The notes under the pieces were generated by a model, which was given only the letters and a program-made list of their open reading frames with translations, had not been told where the DNA came from and made no database searches. From a bacterium (lineage in GTDB: Bacteria; UBA10199; 2-02-FULL-44-16; JAAZCA01), in contig CAXXGI010000002.1 in NCBI GenBank assembly GCA_963674695.2, positions 256,001-320,000 of the forward strand: DNA of 64,000 nucleotides, written 5' to 3'. Each line of letters starts with the position of its first letter. Within the stretch, counting starts at the first letter, position 1. Below are positions 8,765 through 19,084 of the stretch, in pieces. A program made the position numbers and the translations under genes.

Positions 8765-10474
8765 TCAGAGGAACACGGCGGTGCGTTTCATGATGCGGGC
8801 GTCGACGAGGCCGCGGTCGGTCAGGCGCAGTTCGGGAATGACCGACAGCGCGAGGAACGAGAGCGCGAGGAAGGGTTCGTCGACAGCCGAGCCCAAACTC
8901 ACCGCGATCCGATTGAGGTCGGCCAGTTTCTCTGAGACGACCTCAGCCGATGCGTTCGACATCAGTCCCGCCACGGGGAGTTCGAGTCGAGCGCGTTTTT
9001 TTCCGCCCGCAGCGATGGCGAATCCGCCGCCGCTGGCGATCAGGGCGCGTGCCGCAGCGATCATGTCGACATCGCTTGCTCCCACCACGATCAGGTTGTG
9101 CGAGTCGTGACAGACGCTCGAGGCCAGCGCGCCGCGTTTGAGGCCAAATCCGCGCACGAGTCCCACCCCCATGCGACCGCTCGCACGATGCCGTTCGATG
9201 ACCGCGAGTTTGAGGAGATCGCGCGACGGGTCGGCCGCGACGATGCCGTTTACGGGCGTCACGTCGACGATCTCCTCGCGCGTGATGATCTGGTGCGGCG
9301 TGATGCGGATGACGCGCGCGCGGCGCTTGCGCGTGCGCAGCACCAATCGTTCGGCGGCCAGTCCCTTCACATGCATCGAGTTGTGCACGCGCGGTTGTTG
9401 TTTTGGTGTGCAGGGAACGACGAGCTTTCCCTCGCGCGCGACGAGTGTGCCCCCTTTAAAGACCATCTGCGCGCGAAAGTTCTTGAGATTTTCTAGGACG
9501 ACGAGATCAGCGACGTAGCCGATCGCCACGGCACCGGTGCGTCGCTTCAAACGAAAGTAATAGGGGGCATTGTTCGTCGCCATCTGCAGCGCGGTGATGG
9601 GAGCGATGCCTTCGGCCACCGCGCTCCGAAGGATATCGTCGATGTGCCCGTTGGCGATGAGGTCGTGTGCACTGCGGTCGTCCGAGCAGAAACAGCACCG
9701 ATGAGCATTTGCGGGGGTCACGATCGAAGCGAGCTCCGAGAGATTCTTCTCGGTCGTCCCCTGACGAATCATGAGGTGCAGGCCGTCGGCCAGTTTTTCG
9801 CGTGCCTCGCGCGCCGTCGTGCTCTCGTGGTCGGAGTGGATGCCCGCGACGATATAGGCGGCAAGCGCCTTGCCCGTAAGCCCCGGCGCATGGCCATCGA
9901 CGCGCATGCCGGGGATGAGGCGAATCTTCTCGAGGATGGCGCGGGTTCCCGCGATGACTGCGGGATAGTTCATCACCTCTCCTATGCCGATCACGCGCGG
10001 AAGCTTTGTGAGTTTCTTGAGATCGTGCGCGGTGAGCCGTGCGCCGGAGGTGACGAGATTCGACTCGGGCACGCACGAGGGGAGCACGATGTTGACCGTG
10101 AGCGGAAGACCCGCGCTCGCGCGGATCATCCAGCGCACGCCCGCGGCTCCCTCGACGTTGGCGATCTCGTGCGGGTCGGCCACCACCGCGGTCGTGCCGT
10201 GTGGCACCACCGCGCGCGCAAATGCCGCCGGCGTGAGTAGGCTCGACTCGATATGGATATGGCTGTCGGTGAAACCGGCGGAGAGGTAGGCGCCCTTGAG
10301 GTCGATCGTTCGGCGCGCACGGTAATCGCCGAAACCAACGACCACGCCATCGGCGATGGCGACGCTGGTGCGGTGAATCGAGTCAGCAAAGACGGAGACC
10401 ACGCGGGCATTGGTGAGGAGGAGGTCGGCTGGGGTTCTTCCGGCAGCGACGTCGATACGGTGGCGAAGTGTCAT
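8765..10474 (-). CDS. ade: Adenine deaminase
   Basis: DSHIHIESS, DPHEIANV, GEVMNYP, DGHAPG, SDHE and SVCHDSHN motifs. Confidence 0.95.
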   Translation of the reverse strand: MTLRHRIDVAAGRTPADLLLTNARVVSVFADSIHRTSVAIADGVVVGFGDYRARRTIDLKGAYLSAGFTDSHIHIESSLLTPAAFARAVVPHGTTAVVADPHEIANVEGAAGVRWMIRASAGLPLTVNIVLPSCVPESNLVTSGARLTAHDLKKLTKLPRVIGIGEVMNYPAVIAGTRAILEKIRLIPGMRVDGHAPGLTGKALAAYIVAGIHSDHESTTAREAREKLADGLHLMIRQGTTEKNLSELASIVTPANAHRCCFCSDDRSAHDLIANGHIDDILRSAVAEGIAPITALQMATNNAPYYFRLKRRTGAVAIGYVADLVVLENLKNFRAQMVFKGGTLVAREGKLVVPCTPKQQPRVHNSMHVKGLAAERLVLRTRKRRARVIRITPHQIITREEIVDVTPVNGIVAADPSRDLLKLAVIERHRASGRMGVGLVRGFGLKRGALASSVCHDSHNLIVVGASDVDMIAAARALIASGGGFAIAAGGKKRARLELPVAGLMSNASAEVVSEKLADLNRIAVSLGSAVDEPFLALSFLALSVIPELRLTDRGLVDARIMKRTAVFL

Positions 10475-10650
10475 GGCCGCATTGTAGCCGAGGTTGGCCC
10501 CACTTCCAAGTGTGGAGATAAACCGTTGAAATAAAGGTTTTTTCTTTCGCGGCCTGATAAACGCCGGAAAAAAAATGGCTTTACTTTTGTTTCAACTGCG
10601 GCGTATAAAGTTTCCCGGAACGGAGATGGGGGAGATACAGTTTTCTTTCG

Positions 10651-11634
10651 ATGAAGCTCTGCTCCGAACATCGGGAGCAGTTAACGCTCGCCACCGCCTA
10701 TCGTTTTTCGCAGGCCATCGTCGTTCGCGACGAGGCCAACCCGTTTACGCTCTATCGTCTCTTTCAGGATACCTTCCGCCGCCGCACCACCATCGATCCC
10801 ATCCGAACCGAGGATGATCGCATCTATGTCCTCTTCAACAATTCGATGCGCTATTTTGCCCAGACCATCCTTTTCGGAGGGCGCTTGCCCTTGCCGCATC
10901 AGTGGATCTGCGGGAGGGCGAATGGGGAGCCCGAGCAGGGTCTCCCCTTGAAGGGGCGCCCGGGGTTGGCGGCGGTGGAAGTGGGCTATGGTGCACTCAT
11001 GGGTGCGCGTCTGGATCACAGCCGATTTCATTACATGAGTCCGGATGCGCCGCTGATCGCCGGCGGCCTGGAGCTTGTGGGGGCCAACCTTGAGGGGGCT
11101 GATTTTTCCGGGGCGATTCTGGCGGGGAGCAATTTCTCCGGCGCGATTCTGGCGGGGAGCAATTTCTCCGGCGCGAACCTGACCGACGCCATCCTCGACG
11201 GGGCGTTCATGCTCGATGCGGTTTTGGTGAAGGCCATCCTGCGGCGGGTGTCCATCGATCGAGGCACGCAGGTGACGCGCGAGCAGTTGCGCAGTGGCAC
11301 GCAACGTTCCGGCGTAGTGCAGCAATGGAACCACCTGCATCCGGAAGCGGAGCCGCTGCCGGTGCTCTCGTTCTCGGAGTTACAACAGCAGTACCGTGGC
11401 CCTCAGTCGAAGGAGCCTCCGCGTGCGTCCTATTCCGGGTGGAATGAGATAGTCGAAAATACCCCTGTGCAGACCGATGTTTCGATCGACGAGATGAATG
11501 AGATGGATAGCATGGAAGCAGCGATGGACGCCCCTCCCGGGTTTGTCGGTATGATGGAAGAGATCGCGCCCGATCCCTGGTCCGACCTTGGCCTGTGTTT
11601 TTGCGTGAACGGCTCCCCGCAAAAACTTTTCTGA
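10651..11634 (+). CDS. Pentapeptide repeat protein with acidic, Met-rich C-terminal tail
   Basis: ANLEG ADFSG AILAG SNFSG ... ANLTD AILDG repeats; start codon uncertain. Confidence 0.75.
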   Translation: MKLCSEHREQLTLATAYRFSQAIVVRDEANPFTLYRLFQDTFRRRTTIDPIRTEDDRIYVLFNNSMRYFAQTILFGGRLPLPHQWICGRANGEPEQGLPLKGRPGLAAVEVGYGALMGARLDHSRFHYMSPDAPLIAGGLELVGANLEGADFSGAILAGSNFSGAILAGSNFSGANLTDAILDGAFMLDAVLVKAILRRVSIDRGTQVTREQLRSGTQRSGVVQQWNHLHPEAEPLPVLSFSELQQQYRGPQSKEPPRASYSGWNEIVENTPVQTDVSIDEMNEMDSMEAAMDAPPGFVGMMEEIAPDPWSDLGLCFCVNGSPQKLF

Positions 11635-11729
11635 CGATCGAAGCGAAAGACAATACAATGTAAAACTGTCTGTTGTGTCACCTCTCTCCTTCCTGCTAGT
11701 GAATCTCCTGGGGGAAAAGGAGGCACACG

Positions 11730-12791
11730 ATGAGCAACGTCGATTCCGCAGCCGTTCAACTCCACAACACCCGGATGTTCATCGCACGCAAGGTCCTGGC
11801 CAAGGCGATGGGGGCAACGAGTGAGGCTTCCGATGATGAGGTGGTCAGTTGGGCCGACCTCTTTCGGAGTCGCACCGGTGTCGATGCCTTTCAGCGGAGG
11901 CCAGACCTGTGGGCCCTGCCGCGCTCCAATCTCGACATCGTTCGAACGCCGCTTCGGGGAGATGCCGTACGAAATCCATTCGCCTGGTTCACGCGTTCGC
12001 TTACCTTTTTTCAAAAGCGTCTCGATCAATTGGATATGAGTCTTGGTTGGGGTGTGAATATGAAATCGGCATACGAGGCCTTTCTCAAAGAACAATTCAT
12101 CGAGGGCGCCATCGGCGGTCGGGATGGCCCCAAGACGCTCTGGCGGATGTTCGTCGACAACAAGCTCATCCTGAGCGGGCTGAATTTTTTCGGGATCAAT
12201 CTGCAGGATCAGATCCTGGGTCGCGTGGAGCTGCCCGATGCGAATTTTTCGAGAGCCATTCTTTCCGGGGTGAACATGCAGGCCGCGGATGCCTCGCGGG
12301 CCGTGTTCGACGGCGCCGACTTGAGCGGCGCCCGCATGCTGGCAACGCTCGCACGCGGCGCGAGCTTTGTCGGGGCCGATCTCTCCGGCGCCAACTTGAT
12401 TCATGCGAACCTGATGGGCGCTGATCTGACCGGGGCGGTCCTCGACGATGCGGATATGGAAGGGGTTTGGTTCGATAACAAGATGCGCGTGACGGTGGCG
12501 CAGCTTGAGCGTGCAAAAAACGCCGAGGCGATCATCGAGGCCATCAAGAATCCGAAACCGGATCCCTCCGATTCAGGTCCGAAGGGCGGGGCAGGTCCGG
12601 GCAAAACATCTCTGCGCCTCGTTACGAACGAAGACGGCGCGTCTCAAGCCGGCGCCGCGACGGATGACGGGTTTGGGATTACCGGCGCAGACGGATTGAG
12701 CGATCTCGATGCGGGTGATCCGCTGATGAATGGAGCGGGAGCGGCCACGGGGTTTCCGTTTGTCCTCCCCGTCTCCCCGGTGGGCGCCTGA
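11730..12791 (+). CDS. Pentapeptide repeat protein with Gly/Pro linker and C-terminal tail
   Basis: ANFSR AILSG ... ADLSG ANLIH ANLMG ADLTG AVLDD repeats; AGGAGG SD. Confidence 0.85.
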   Translation: MSNVDSAAVQLHNTRMFIARKVLAKAMGATSEASDDEVVSWADLFRSRTGVDAFQRRPDLWALPRSNLDIVRTPLRGDAVRNPFAWFTRSLTFFQKRLDQLDMSLGWGVNMKSAYEAFLKEQFIEGAIGGRDGPKTLWRMFVDNKLILSGLNFFGINLQDQILGRVELPDANFSRAILSGVNMQAADASRAVFDGADLSGARMLATLARGASFVGADLSGANLIHANLMGADLTGAVLDDADMEGVWFDNKMRVTVAQLERAKNAEAIIEAIKNPKPDPSDSGPKGGAGPGKTSLRLVTNEDGASQAGAATDDGFGITGADGLSDLDAGDPLMNGAGAATGFPFVLPVSPVGA

Positions 12792-13493
12792 TCAGAACTG
12801 ATAGCGCAGCGTCGGCGAGAACTGGAAGGAGACTGCCGTCGAACTACGTGCCAGGACGTGGAGCGCGGTGTCCAGCCCCAGATACCAGTGGTCCTTCCAC
12901 CGCCAGGTGATGCCGCCGCCGGGGATCATGATGTCGGCTGCGGCGTGCTTGCCGTCGATCAGCGCCAGGCCCACGCCCGCCTGCACATACGCGGAGATGC
13001 GCGGGTAGCGCGTGAAGTCGAAGAAGTAGCGCACCTTCGGAACGAAGTTCAGGATGGCGTTCGGCTTGGCGTTCGACTGAAAATCGGTTGCCACCGAGAT
13101 CCCCAGCCCCGCCGAGAGCTGTTCGAAGAAGAAGTATTCCCCCTCGGCCCCCATCGTCATCATCGCATCGATGCCCTTGTTGCCATAATAGATGCCGGGC
13201 GCGACGAGCCCCACGCGAAAGCGTCCGTCGCGGAAGTCCGGCGCGGCGCGCAGAAACGTGACCTCCTCTACGACGGCGACCTCTTCGGTCACCATCACCT
13301 CTTCGGCCGCAGCAGGTTTTGCAGCTGCGTCCGCCGGCTTCGGGGCCGCGTTCGGATCGGGAGCATCGGTCGACTCGATCTCCTCGATGATGACCGCGGC
13401 ATCGGTGTGCCCCTGTTGCGCATGCGCGGCCAGCGGCGCGGTGATGAGGAGCGCGAGGAGTGTTCCTGTGATAATGAAATTTCGTGTGAACAT
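12792..13493 (-). CDS. Outer-membrane beta-barrel protein
   Basis: Signal peptide ending AHA|Q, alternating beta-strands, C-terminal ...LRYQF. Confidence 0.8.
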   Translation of the reverse strand: MFTRNFIITGTLLALLITAPLAAHAQQGHTDAAVIIEEIESTDAPDPNAAPKPADAAAKPAAAEEVMVTEEVAVVEEVTFLRAAPDFRDGRFRVGLVAPGIYYGNKGIDAMMTMGAEGEYFFFEQLSAGLGISVATDFQSNAKPNAILNFVPKVRYFFDFTRYPRISAYVQAGVGLALIDGKHAAADIMIPGGGITWRWKDHWYLGLDTALHVLARSSTAVSFQFSPTLRYQF

Positions 13494-13526
13494 GTCTTCT
13501 CCCTTCGATTGTCATTTCTCATCGAT

Positions 13527-13626
13527 TGTCATCCCCGCCCTTCGGCTACGCTCAGGACAGGCTCCAGCGGGGATCTCGACGTACTCTGACAATCGAGATT
13601 CCCGCTTACCCCCTGCGGGAATGACA
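13527..13626. repeat. REP-like doublet (TGTCAT[T/C]CCCGC family)
   Basis: TGTCATCCCCGC...GCGGGGATCTC...GAGATTCCCGC...GCGGGAATGACA. Confidence 0.85.
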
Positions 13627-13646
13627 GCTATATCCTACGTTCATCC

Positions 13647-14384
13647 TTACGCAAACCGCTTGAAAAAATCCACTACGCGTTCGGCGACGAGCGTTTGTTC
13701 GACATCCATCGTCAGCACGTGTTTCGAGCGGGGAAAGATCTCCGTCTCGACGATATCGGAGGCGACCCCCCGCTCGACGATCGCGACATTGGACCGTGGC
13801 GCCACGCGATCGTGCGCGGCGTGCAGCAGCAGCAGCGGGTTCGTGATGCGCCCGAGGTTTGCGGCGATCTCGCGCTGCAGGTCGCTGATCTCGAAGACCG
13901 CGTGCGCGGGAATGCGCGGCAGCGAGAACTGCCGGTAGAGCTCCCTCCCCTCGGGCGTGGAGACGCTCTGGTCGTAGTTTTTGGAGACGGTGCGCACAAG
14001 CGCGTGCAGCGGTGTGTGGCGCACCAGCCCCGTTGCGATCCGTGCAAAAAACCCCAGCCGCATCGGCGTGGCCAGAAGCGCCAGCGCGCGCACGCCCCAC
14101 CCCTCGTCGAGGGCGAGCTTGAGCGAGAGCAGTGCGCCCAGTGAAATGCCGGCGCAGAAGACGCGGTCGGTCTCGCGCCGCAGCGTTTCGAAGGCCGTGC
14201 GTACGGAGCGATACCACTCATCGCAGGTGGATCGATCGAGGTCGTCGACCGAGCCGCCGTGACCGGCCAGACACGGTGCGGCCACGCGAAAATCGGCGGC
14301 GAGGAGTGCCTCCTGGAGGGAGGCAACGGTGGCGGGCGTTCCCGTGAGCCCGTGGAGGACGAGACATCCGAGCGTCATAATCAT
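13647..14384 (-). CDS. Alpha/beta-hydrolase carboxylesterase
   Basis: LHGLTG, GHG, GISLG nucleophile motif, HDRV and SKH catalytic Asp/His candidates. Confidence 0.88.
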   Translation of the reverse strand: MIMTLGCLVLHGLTGTPATVASLQEALLAADFRVAAPCLAGHGGSVDDLDRSTCDEWYRSVRTAFETLRRETDRVFCAGISLGALLSLKLALDEGWGVRALALLATPMRLGFFARIATGLVRHTPLHALVRTVSKNYDQSVSTPEGRELYRQFSLPRIPAHAVFEISDLQREIAANLGRITNPLLLLHAAHDRVAPRSNVAIVERGVASDIVETEIFPRSKHVLTMDVEQTLVAERVVDFFKRFA

Positions 14385-14457
14385 AGATGTAGCACAAAGC
14401 GTTCAATTCGCGCGAGCCCTTATTGACAACGCCTGCCCAGACCGATTCAATACGCCC

Positions 14458-15429
14458 ATGTTCGATCTTCTCTGCATTCCGGTGCGCGAACCGCTCGCGC
14501 GCGCCGAGACGGTGCTCTTTCAAGAGCTCTCCTGCGGGATCTCCCCGATGGACGATATCGTGCGCACCGTGGCCGAAGGCGGCGGCAAGCGCATTCGCCC
14601 GGCCGTCTTTTTGCTCGCCGCGGCACTCGTCGGGGTTCCGCTCGAGGCGTCTCCCCCCGTCGCCGCTGCCGTCGAGATGGTGCACCTGGCCTCCTTGCTG
14701 CACGATGACGTCGTCGACGACGCCCCCCTGCGCCGAGGGGCGCCCTCCGCGCGCATGCGCTGGGGAAACCAGGTGAGCGTCCTGGTGGGCGACTTCATCT
14801 GGTCGGCGGCCTCGCGGATCATCGCACAACAGGGCAACACACGCCTCGTCGAAGAGGTCGCCGAAACCGTCCGCGCGATCGCCCTGGGGGAGCTGCTGGA
14901 GATTTCCCATCGCAATAACGTGGCGCTTTCCGAGGAGATCTACGACCGCATCATCGAAGGCAAGACCGCCGCGCTCTTTGCGCTCTGCGGACAAGCGGCG
15001 GCGATTATGGCGGGCGTGGGATCGGAGCTCGAGGCGGCGCTGGTGCGGTATGGTCTGCACCTGGGTCGGGCCTTTCAGCTCACTGACGACGCGCTCGACT
15101 ATCGGTGCGACGAGGGCACGCCGGGCAAACGCGCGGGCGCCGACCTGCGCGCGGGCTACCTCACCTTTCCCCTTATCGTCGCGCGGGCGCAGGCCACACC
15201 CGCAGAGCAGGACGTCATCCGCGATGCCGTCCTGGCGCGCGGGACGAGTCCCGAACAGTTTCGTGAGGTCTGCGCCATCATCGAACGCTACGGCGGCATC
15301 GCGCAGACGCTCGAACGCGCGCGCGCGGCGTCCCAGCGCGCCTGTGATGCGCTCGCACGCTTTCGCCCCTCGATCGAGCGCGACGCCCTCATCGGCATCG
15401 CCGAAGGCATCGTCGACCGACAGGCGTAG
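14458..15429 (+). CDS. Polyprenyl diphosphate synthase (IspB-like)
   Basis: GGKRIRP, LLHDDVVD..RRG, GKTA and FQLTDDALD motifs. Confidence 0.9.
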   Translation: MFDLLCIPVREPLARAETVLFQELSCGISPMDDIVRTVAEGGGKRIRPAVFLLAAALVGVPLEASPPVAAAVEMVHLASLLHDDVVDDAPLRRGAPSARMRWGNQVSVLVGDFIWSAASRIIAQQGNTRLVEEVAETVRAIALGELLEISHRNNVALSEEIYDRIIEGKTAALFALCGQAAAIMAGVGSELEAALVRYGLHLGRAFQLTDDALDYRCDEGTPGKRAGADLRAGYLTFPLIVARAQATPAEQDVIRDAVLARGTSPEQFREVCAIIERYGGIAQTLERARAASQRACDALARFRPSIERDALIGIAEGIVDRQA

Positions 15430-15480
15430 AGGGCGTTTCCCACACTGTGCATCCTTCTCCTTATGCGGGCTTTCGTCGCG

Positions 15481-15726
15481 TGTTCCACCCTTCAGGGACA
15501 TCCTTCCGTTGCACGCTTTCGCTCCGCTCGCACGTTTTGGCTCTGACTCAAGCCGCCTTTCCTCATGAACTCGCTCGCCGGCGGAAGAAAAACGCATCAG
15601 ATTTCTGGCGGGCTCAGACATCATTCGGAATTGAGATCTTCGATCTCAACCGGCGGCTCTTCGCAGGCCAAAACGGCTTGCTTCGCGAGGCGATGCAACG
15701 GAAGGATGTCCCTGAAGGGTGGAACA
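15481..15726. repeat. Long palindromic element
   Basis: Perfect 33-bp IR 15481-15513/15694-15726 with internal stems. Confidence 0.85.
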
Positions 15727-15762
15727 ACAATAGAGACCATAACGGAATGGATGATTTCGTGG

Positions 15763-15910
15763 AGACATCGAGCGGTAGGGTGTTTTACGGGGATCTCTTC
15801 TTTCATCGCGATCGAAGCCTCTGATGATGCGATGAAAGAAGAATAAGCCGTCGAGGCGGCGCCTGAGCCGAGACGGCGGTTCCCGTAAAACACCCTACCG
15901 CTCGATGTCT
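15763..15910. repeat. 148-nt palindromic element, copy 2
   Basis: Same length and core as 8553..8700; the stem sequence differs but remains complementary. Confidence 0.9.
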
Positions 15911-16079
15911 CCAACCTCAGTCCGCAGTCAGTAAAACACCTGAAATCTCTAGGGGATAGCGTCTCCCGTCAATTCTGCCTTGCACTCCATTGGGCCTCGC
16001 GATAGATGCCGGTATCCGTAAGTGAATCGATTGTCGTTCATTATCTATGCGAATGTCATCAACCGAAAGGGAGGAAGAT

Positions 16080-17759
16080 ATGCGAAAACATGTGATGTGG
16101 TCTGTCGGCATTATGGCAGCATTGTCGCTGGCGCTCGCCGCCTGCGGCGGTGGTGGTGGTGGGGGGGGTGGAAGTGATGTCGATCCCACGGCCTGCGGTG
16201 GTGCAGGGCTCGGATGTATCTCTGGAACGATCACCGATTCGAGTGGGAACGCGATTACCACGGGCGCGACCGTAACCACAGCTGGAGTGGCGACGGCGAC
16301 CGCCAATGCGCAGGGATGGTATGCGGGGTCAAGCGTTGCTGAGGGCGATCAGGTGATCTGCTTCAGCGCGACCGGCTATGCGACCGTCTGTCGCACGGTG
16401 TCGATCACAGAAGCGACAAACACCCCTCTTTCGGCGACATTGTTGCCGACGCGCGGAGCGGCGGTAGCGATCCCGACGATTGAGAATGGTGGAGTCGGCA
16501 GTGACACGACCACCGCAGCGCAGGTTACGTTTACTGCTGGCGATGTCTGTGATGCCGATGGCACCGCGACGACCGGAACGATCAACTGCTACTTCACGCC
16601 GGTCGACGTGACCGATGCGACAGTCCTCGCCGCTGCGCCCTTATCGTTTCAGGCGACGGCGACGGATGGGTCCGTGGGATCGATGATCTCCGACGCGATG
16701 ATGGAACTGACCTGTGAAAACGCCAGCGGCGATGAGGTCAACATCTGCTCCAGTCAGACTGCCGATGTGCGCATTCCGGTCTATGGCACCTGCACAGTTG
16801 GTACGCTCGCCGGATGGCGCTACAACACCACGACCGGCACGTGGTCGGAGTACGACACGGGTAACTTCACGTCAGTCTGTGGAACGGATGAGACCGATTC
16901 CTATTATGGTGGAACGATCGATCACATGACCTGGATCAACGGCGATCGCTTGGTCGACGACACCTGTCTGACCGGCTTTGTCTACACCGCCGGAACGACA
17001 GCGACGAGCGTTCCCGTCACGGTCAAGTGTTGGGGGACGAACGCCAACTGGCAGAACGAGGTCCAGGTCGGTAGCTCCGGTCGCTTCTGCATCCCGGTGC
17101 CAGCAGGATATAACTATGCCTGTAACGTCTCCGACAGCACGAGTACGCTGGCGGCTGCGGACAATATTACGGGTACGGCCCCGGCGACGGTCGTTGCGTT
17201 TCCGCTTGCTGCCTGCCCGGCGGACGATTGCACCGACATCGGTGGCTTCGTCTTTGCCAGCCCGATTCTGACGACGACGCTCACCTGGGGTCTCAACCCG
17301 GCCGACCTCGATTCGCACACGGCGAGCAACGCCGGCGTGCACGTCTGGTTCTCCGACAAGGATATCGATATCCTCGAAGAATCCGTGAGCAAGGGGTCGC
17401 TCACTTCGGCACCGTACATTGCGCTCGATACGGATGACACGACGAGCTACGGACCTGAGATCACGACGGTCATGCCGTCGGTGACCGATGGCAAATACTG
17501 CTTCGGCGTACACAAGTATTCCGGCACGGGAGATATCTCGCAGGTGAGCACCGATATCAACGGAGCGGCCAAGGCGGCGACGGTCACGGTTCAGGGCAAC
17601 GGCCTGGCCCAGACCTTCACCGTTCCCAGCTCGAACCCGAGCTCCTATGAATACTGGCGCGTCTATACCGTCGAGTTCGAGGGCGGTGTGGTCAAGTCGG
17701 GGACGTTCACCGCATACAATGATCTGGTCGAGACGGCCGAGACGGATTGCAATTGGTAA
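16080..17759 (+). CDS. Thr/Cys-rich lipoprotein with carboxypeptidase-regulatory-like N-domain and YfaP/DUF2135-like C-domain
   Basis: Lipobox LAAC, poly-Gly linker, [14 protein letters not shown]...[17 protein letters not shown]. Confidence 0.75.
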   Translation: MRKHVMWSVGIMAALSLALAACGGGGGGGGGSDVDPTACGGAGLGCISGTITDSSGNAITTGATVTTAGVATATANAQGWYAGSSVAEGDQVICFSATGYATVCRTVSITEATNTPLSATLLPTRGAAVAIPTIENGGVGSDTTTAAQVTFTAGDVCDADGTATTGTINCYFTPVDVTDATVLAAAPLSFQATATDGSVGSMISDAMMELTCENASGDEVNICSSQTADVRIPVYGTCTVGTLAGWRYNTTTGTWSEYDTGNFTSVCGTDETDSYYGGTIDHMTWINGDRLVDDTCLTGFVYTAGTTATSVPVTVKCWGTNANWQNEVQVGSSGRFCIPVPAGYNYACNVSDSTSTLAAADNITGTAPATVVAFPLAACPADDCTDIGGFVFASPILTTTLTWGLNPADLDSHTASNAGVHVWFSDKDIDILEESVSKGSLTSAPYIALDTDDTTSYGPEITTVMPSVTDGKYCFGVHKYSGTGDISQVSTDINGAAKAATVTVQGNGLAQTFTVPSSNPSSYEYWRVYTVEFEGGVVKSGTFTAYNDLVETAETDCNW

Positions 17760-17782
17760 GAGGGTTGTTTCGATGTTCCTTG

Positions 17783-17812
17783 AACCGGCCGCCTTCGGGC
17801 GGCCGGTTTTTT
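17783..17812 (+). terminator. Rho-independent terminator
   Basis: AACCGGCCGCC-TTCG-GGCGGCCGG followed by a T tract. Confidence 0.85.
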
Positions 17813-17860
17813 GTTGTCCGCCGTGGCCAGGACGCATATAGATATTGGCGCGTATGTGCC

Positions 17861-17927
17861 GCGAGGGGAGAATCGAAACCATTTTTACAGCTTTATCGGA
17901 AAAAGGGTTTCGATTCTCCCCGGGAGG
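17861..17927. repeat. 67-nt hairpin element, copy 1
   Basis: Same-length homolog at 32927..32993 with compensatory changes. Confidence 0.8.
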
Positions 17928-17956
17928 CACCAACTCTTGAGCAGGGGAGTCCTTCT

Positions 17957-18325
17957 ATGACCACCAAACCATCCAAGGCGATCGAGACCTTTCCGAACCC
18001 GAATCCGGAGCGCGAGTACGAGATCGTCTTCGATTGCCCGGAGTTCACCTGCCTCTGCCCGATGACGGGGCAACCCGATTTCGCGCACGTTGAAATCACC
18101 TACGTTCCAAATGAGCTCTGCGTGGAGCTCAAATCCTTGAAGCTCTATCTCTGGAGCTATCGCGACGAGGGGGCCTATCACGAGGCCGTGACCAACCGCA
18201 TCCTCGATGACCTCGTCGCGGCCATCGCCCCGCGCTGGATGGAGATCGAGGGGACCTTCAACGTTCGCGGCGGGATCACGACGACCGTGACCGCGATGTA
18301 TGGGGAAGATCCGGAGGGGATATGA
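17957..18325 (+). CDS. queF: NADPH-dependent preQ0 reductase
   Basis: [26 protein letters not shown] and RGGI motifs. Confidence 0.95.
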   Translation: MTTKPSKAIETFPNPNPEREYEIVFDCPEFTCLCPMTGQPDFAHVEITYVPNELCVELKSLKLYLWSYRDEGAYHEAVTNRILDDLVAAIAPRWMEIEGTFNVRGGITTTVTAMYGEDPEGI

Positions 18326-19017
18326 AGGTCCTGGCGCTTGCGGCGCTCTCCGCCCTCATCCTCTCCGTCTCGGATTGCGGCAGCAAGTGGCCGGAGACGG
18401 GCGGCCTCCTCGGCGCCGCGCGCACCGAGCAGCTCTATGGGTTGGCAGAAGCGGCCACGCCGCTTGAGGGCGCCACCGATGCCTTCGTGACAAAATTGAT
18501 GGATTCCACCACCGGCTGTGCGGCGGGGACGGTGACGCTCGACGAAGCGGGCGACTGCGATGCCGGCTCCTGGACGCTCACCGGGACGGTGAGCTGCACG
18601 GCCGAGACCGTGGGTGCGGTCACGACCCTCACGGTCCTGACGGCCGATGCGACGGCGCTGTCGCTCTATGAATGTGGCACGACTGTCTCCTCGGTCTCCG
18701 GTGTAGCCTCGACGGAGGTGCTACTGACCGGACAGGTCAAACCATTCCGCTTCGATGCGACCAGCATCATCACGGTCGATGAGAGCGACCCCGCCTCTCC
18801 CGTCACGACGCTCGATGGCTCCATGACCCGGCAATACAACAACGTCCAGATGGAGGGGGGGCTGCTGGCCCGGATCAGTTATCAATTTCTGGCGGATTTT
18901 TCCGCGACCGACCCGGTCGTTGGGGATGCCATCTGCACGGAGAAGAGTGTGAGTGCCGCAGAGAACAATATGAGTGGGAACTGCACGATTCAGGTGAGCT
19001 GCTCGGATTGTCTGTAA
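18322..19017 (+). CDS. Cys/Thr-rich putative lipoprotein
   Basis: ATGA overlap with queF; hydrophobic signal followed by Cys; acidic and Thr-rich. Confidence 0.7.
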   Translation: MKVLALAALSALILSVSDCGSKWPETGGLLGAARTEQLYGLAEAATPLEGATDAFVTKLMDSTTGCAAGTVTLDEAGDCDAGSWTLTGTVSCTAETVGAVTTLTVLTADATALSLYECGTTVSSVSGVASTEVLLTGQVKPFRFDATSIITVDESDPASPVTTLDGSMTRQYNNVQMEGGLLARISYQFLADFSATDPVVGDAICTEKSVSAAENNMSGNCTIQVSCSDCL

Positions 19018-19084
19018 GCCGGTCGTTGACAGCACAGGCGATCTGCCGATAGAGTCTCGATACACACAATAAGGGAGGTATGAC

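Noticed and set aside
11104-11175. 30-bp tandem DNA repeat
   Set aside because: Explained by a recent duplication of two pentapeptide units (AILAG SNFSG).
17820-17956. preQ1 riboswitch upstream of queF
   Set aside because: No preQ1-I consensus (short stem plus A-rich 3' tail) is visible, and the hairpin has a homolog at an unrelated locus (32927).
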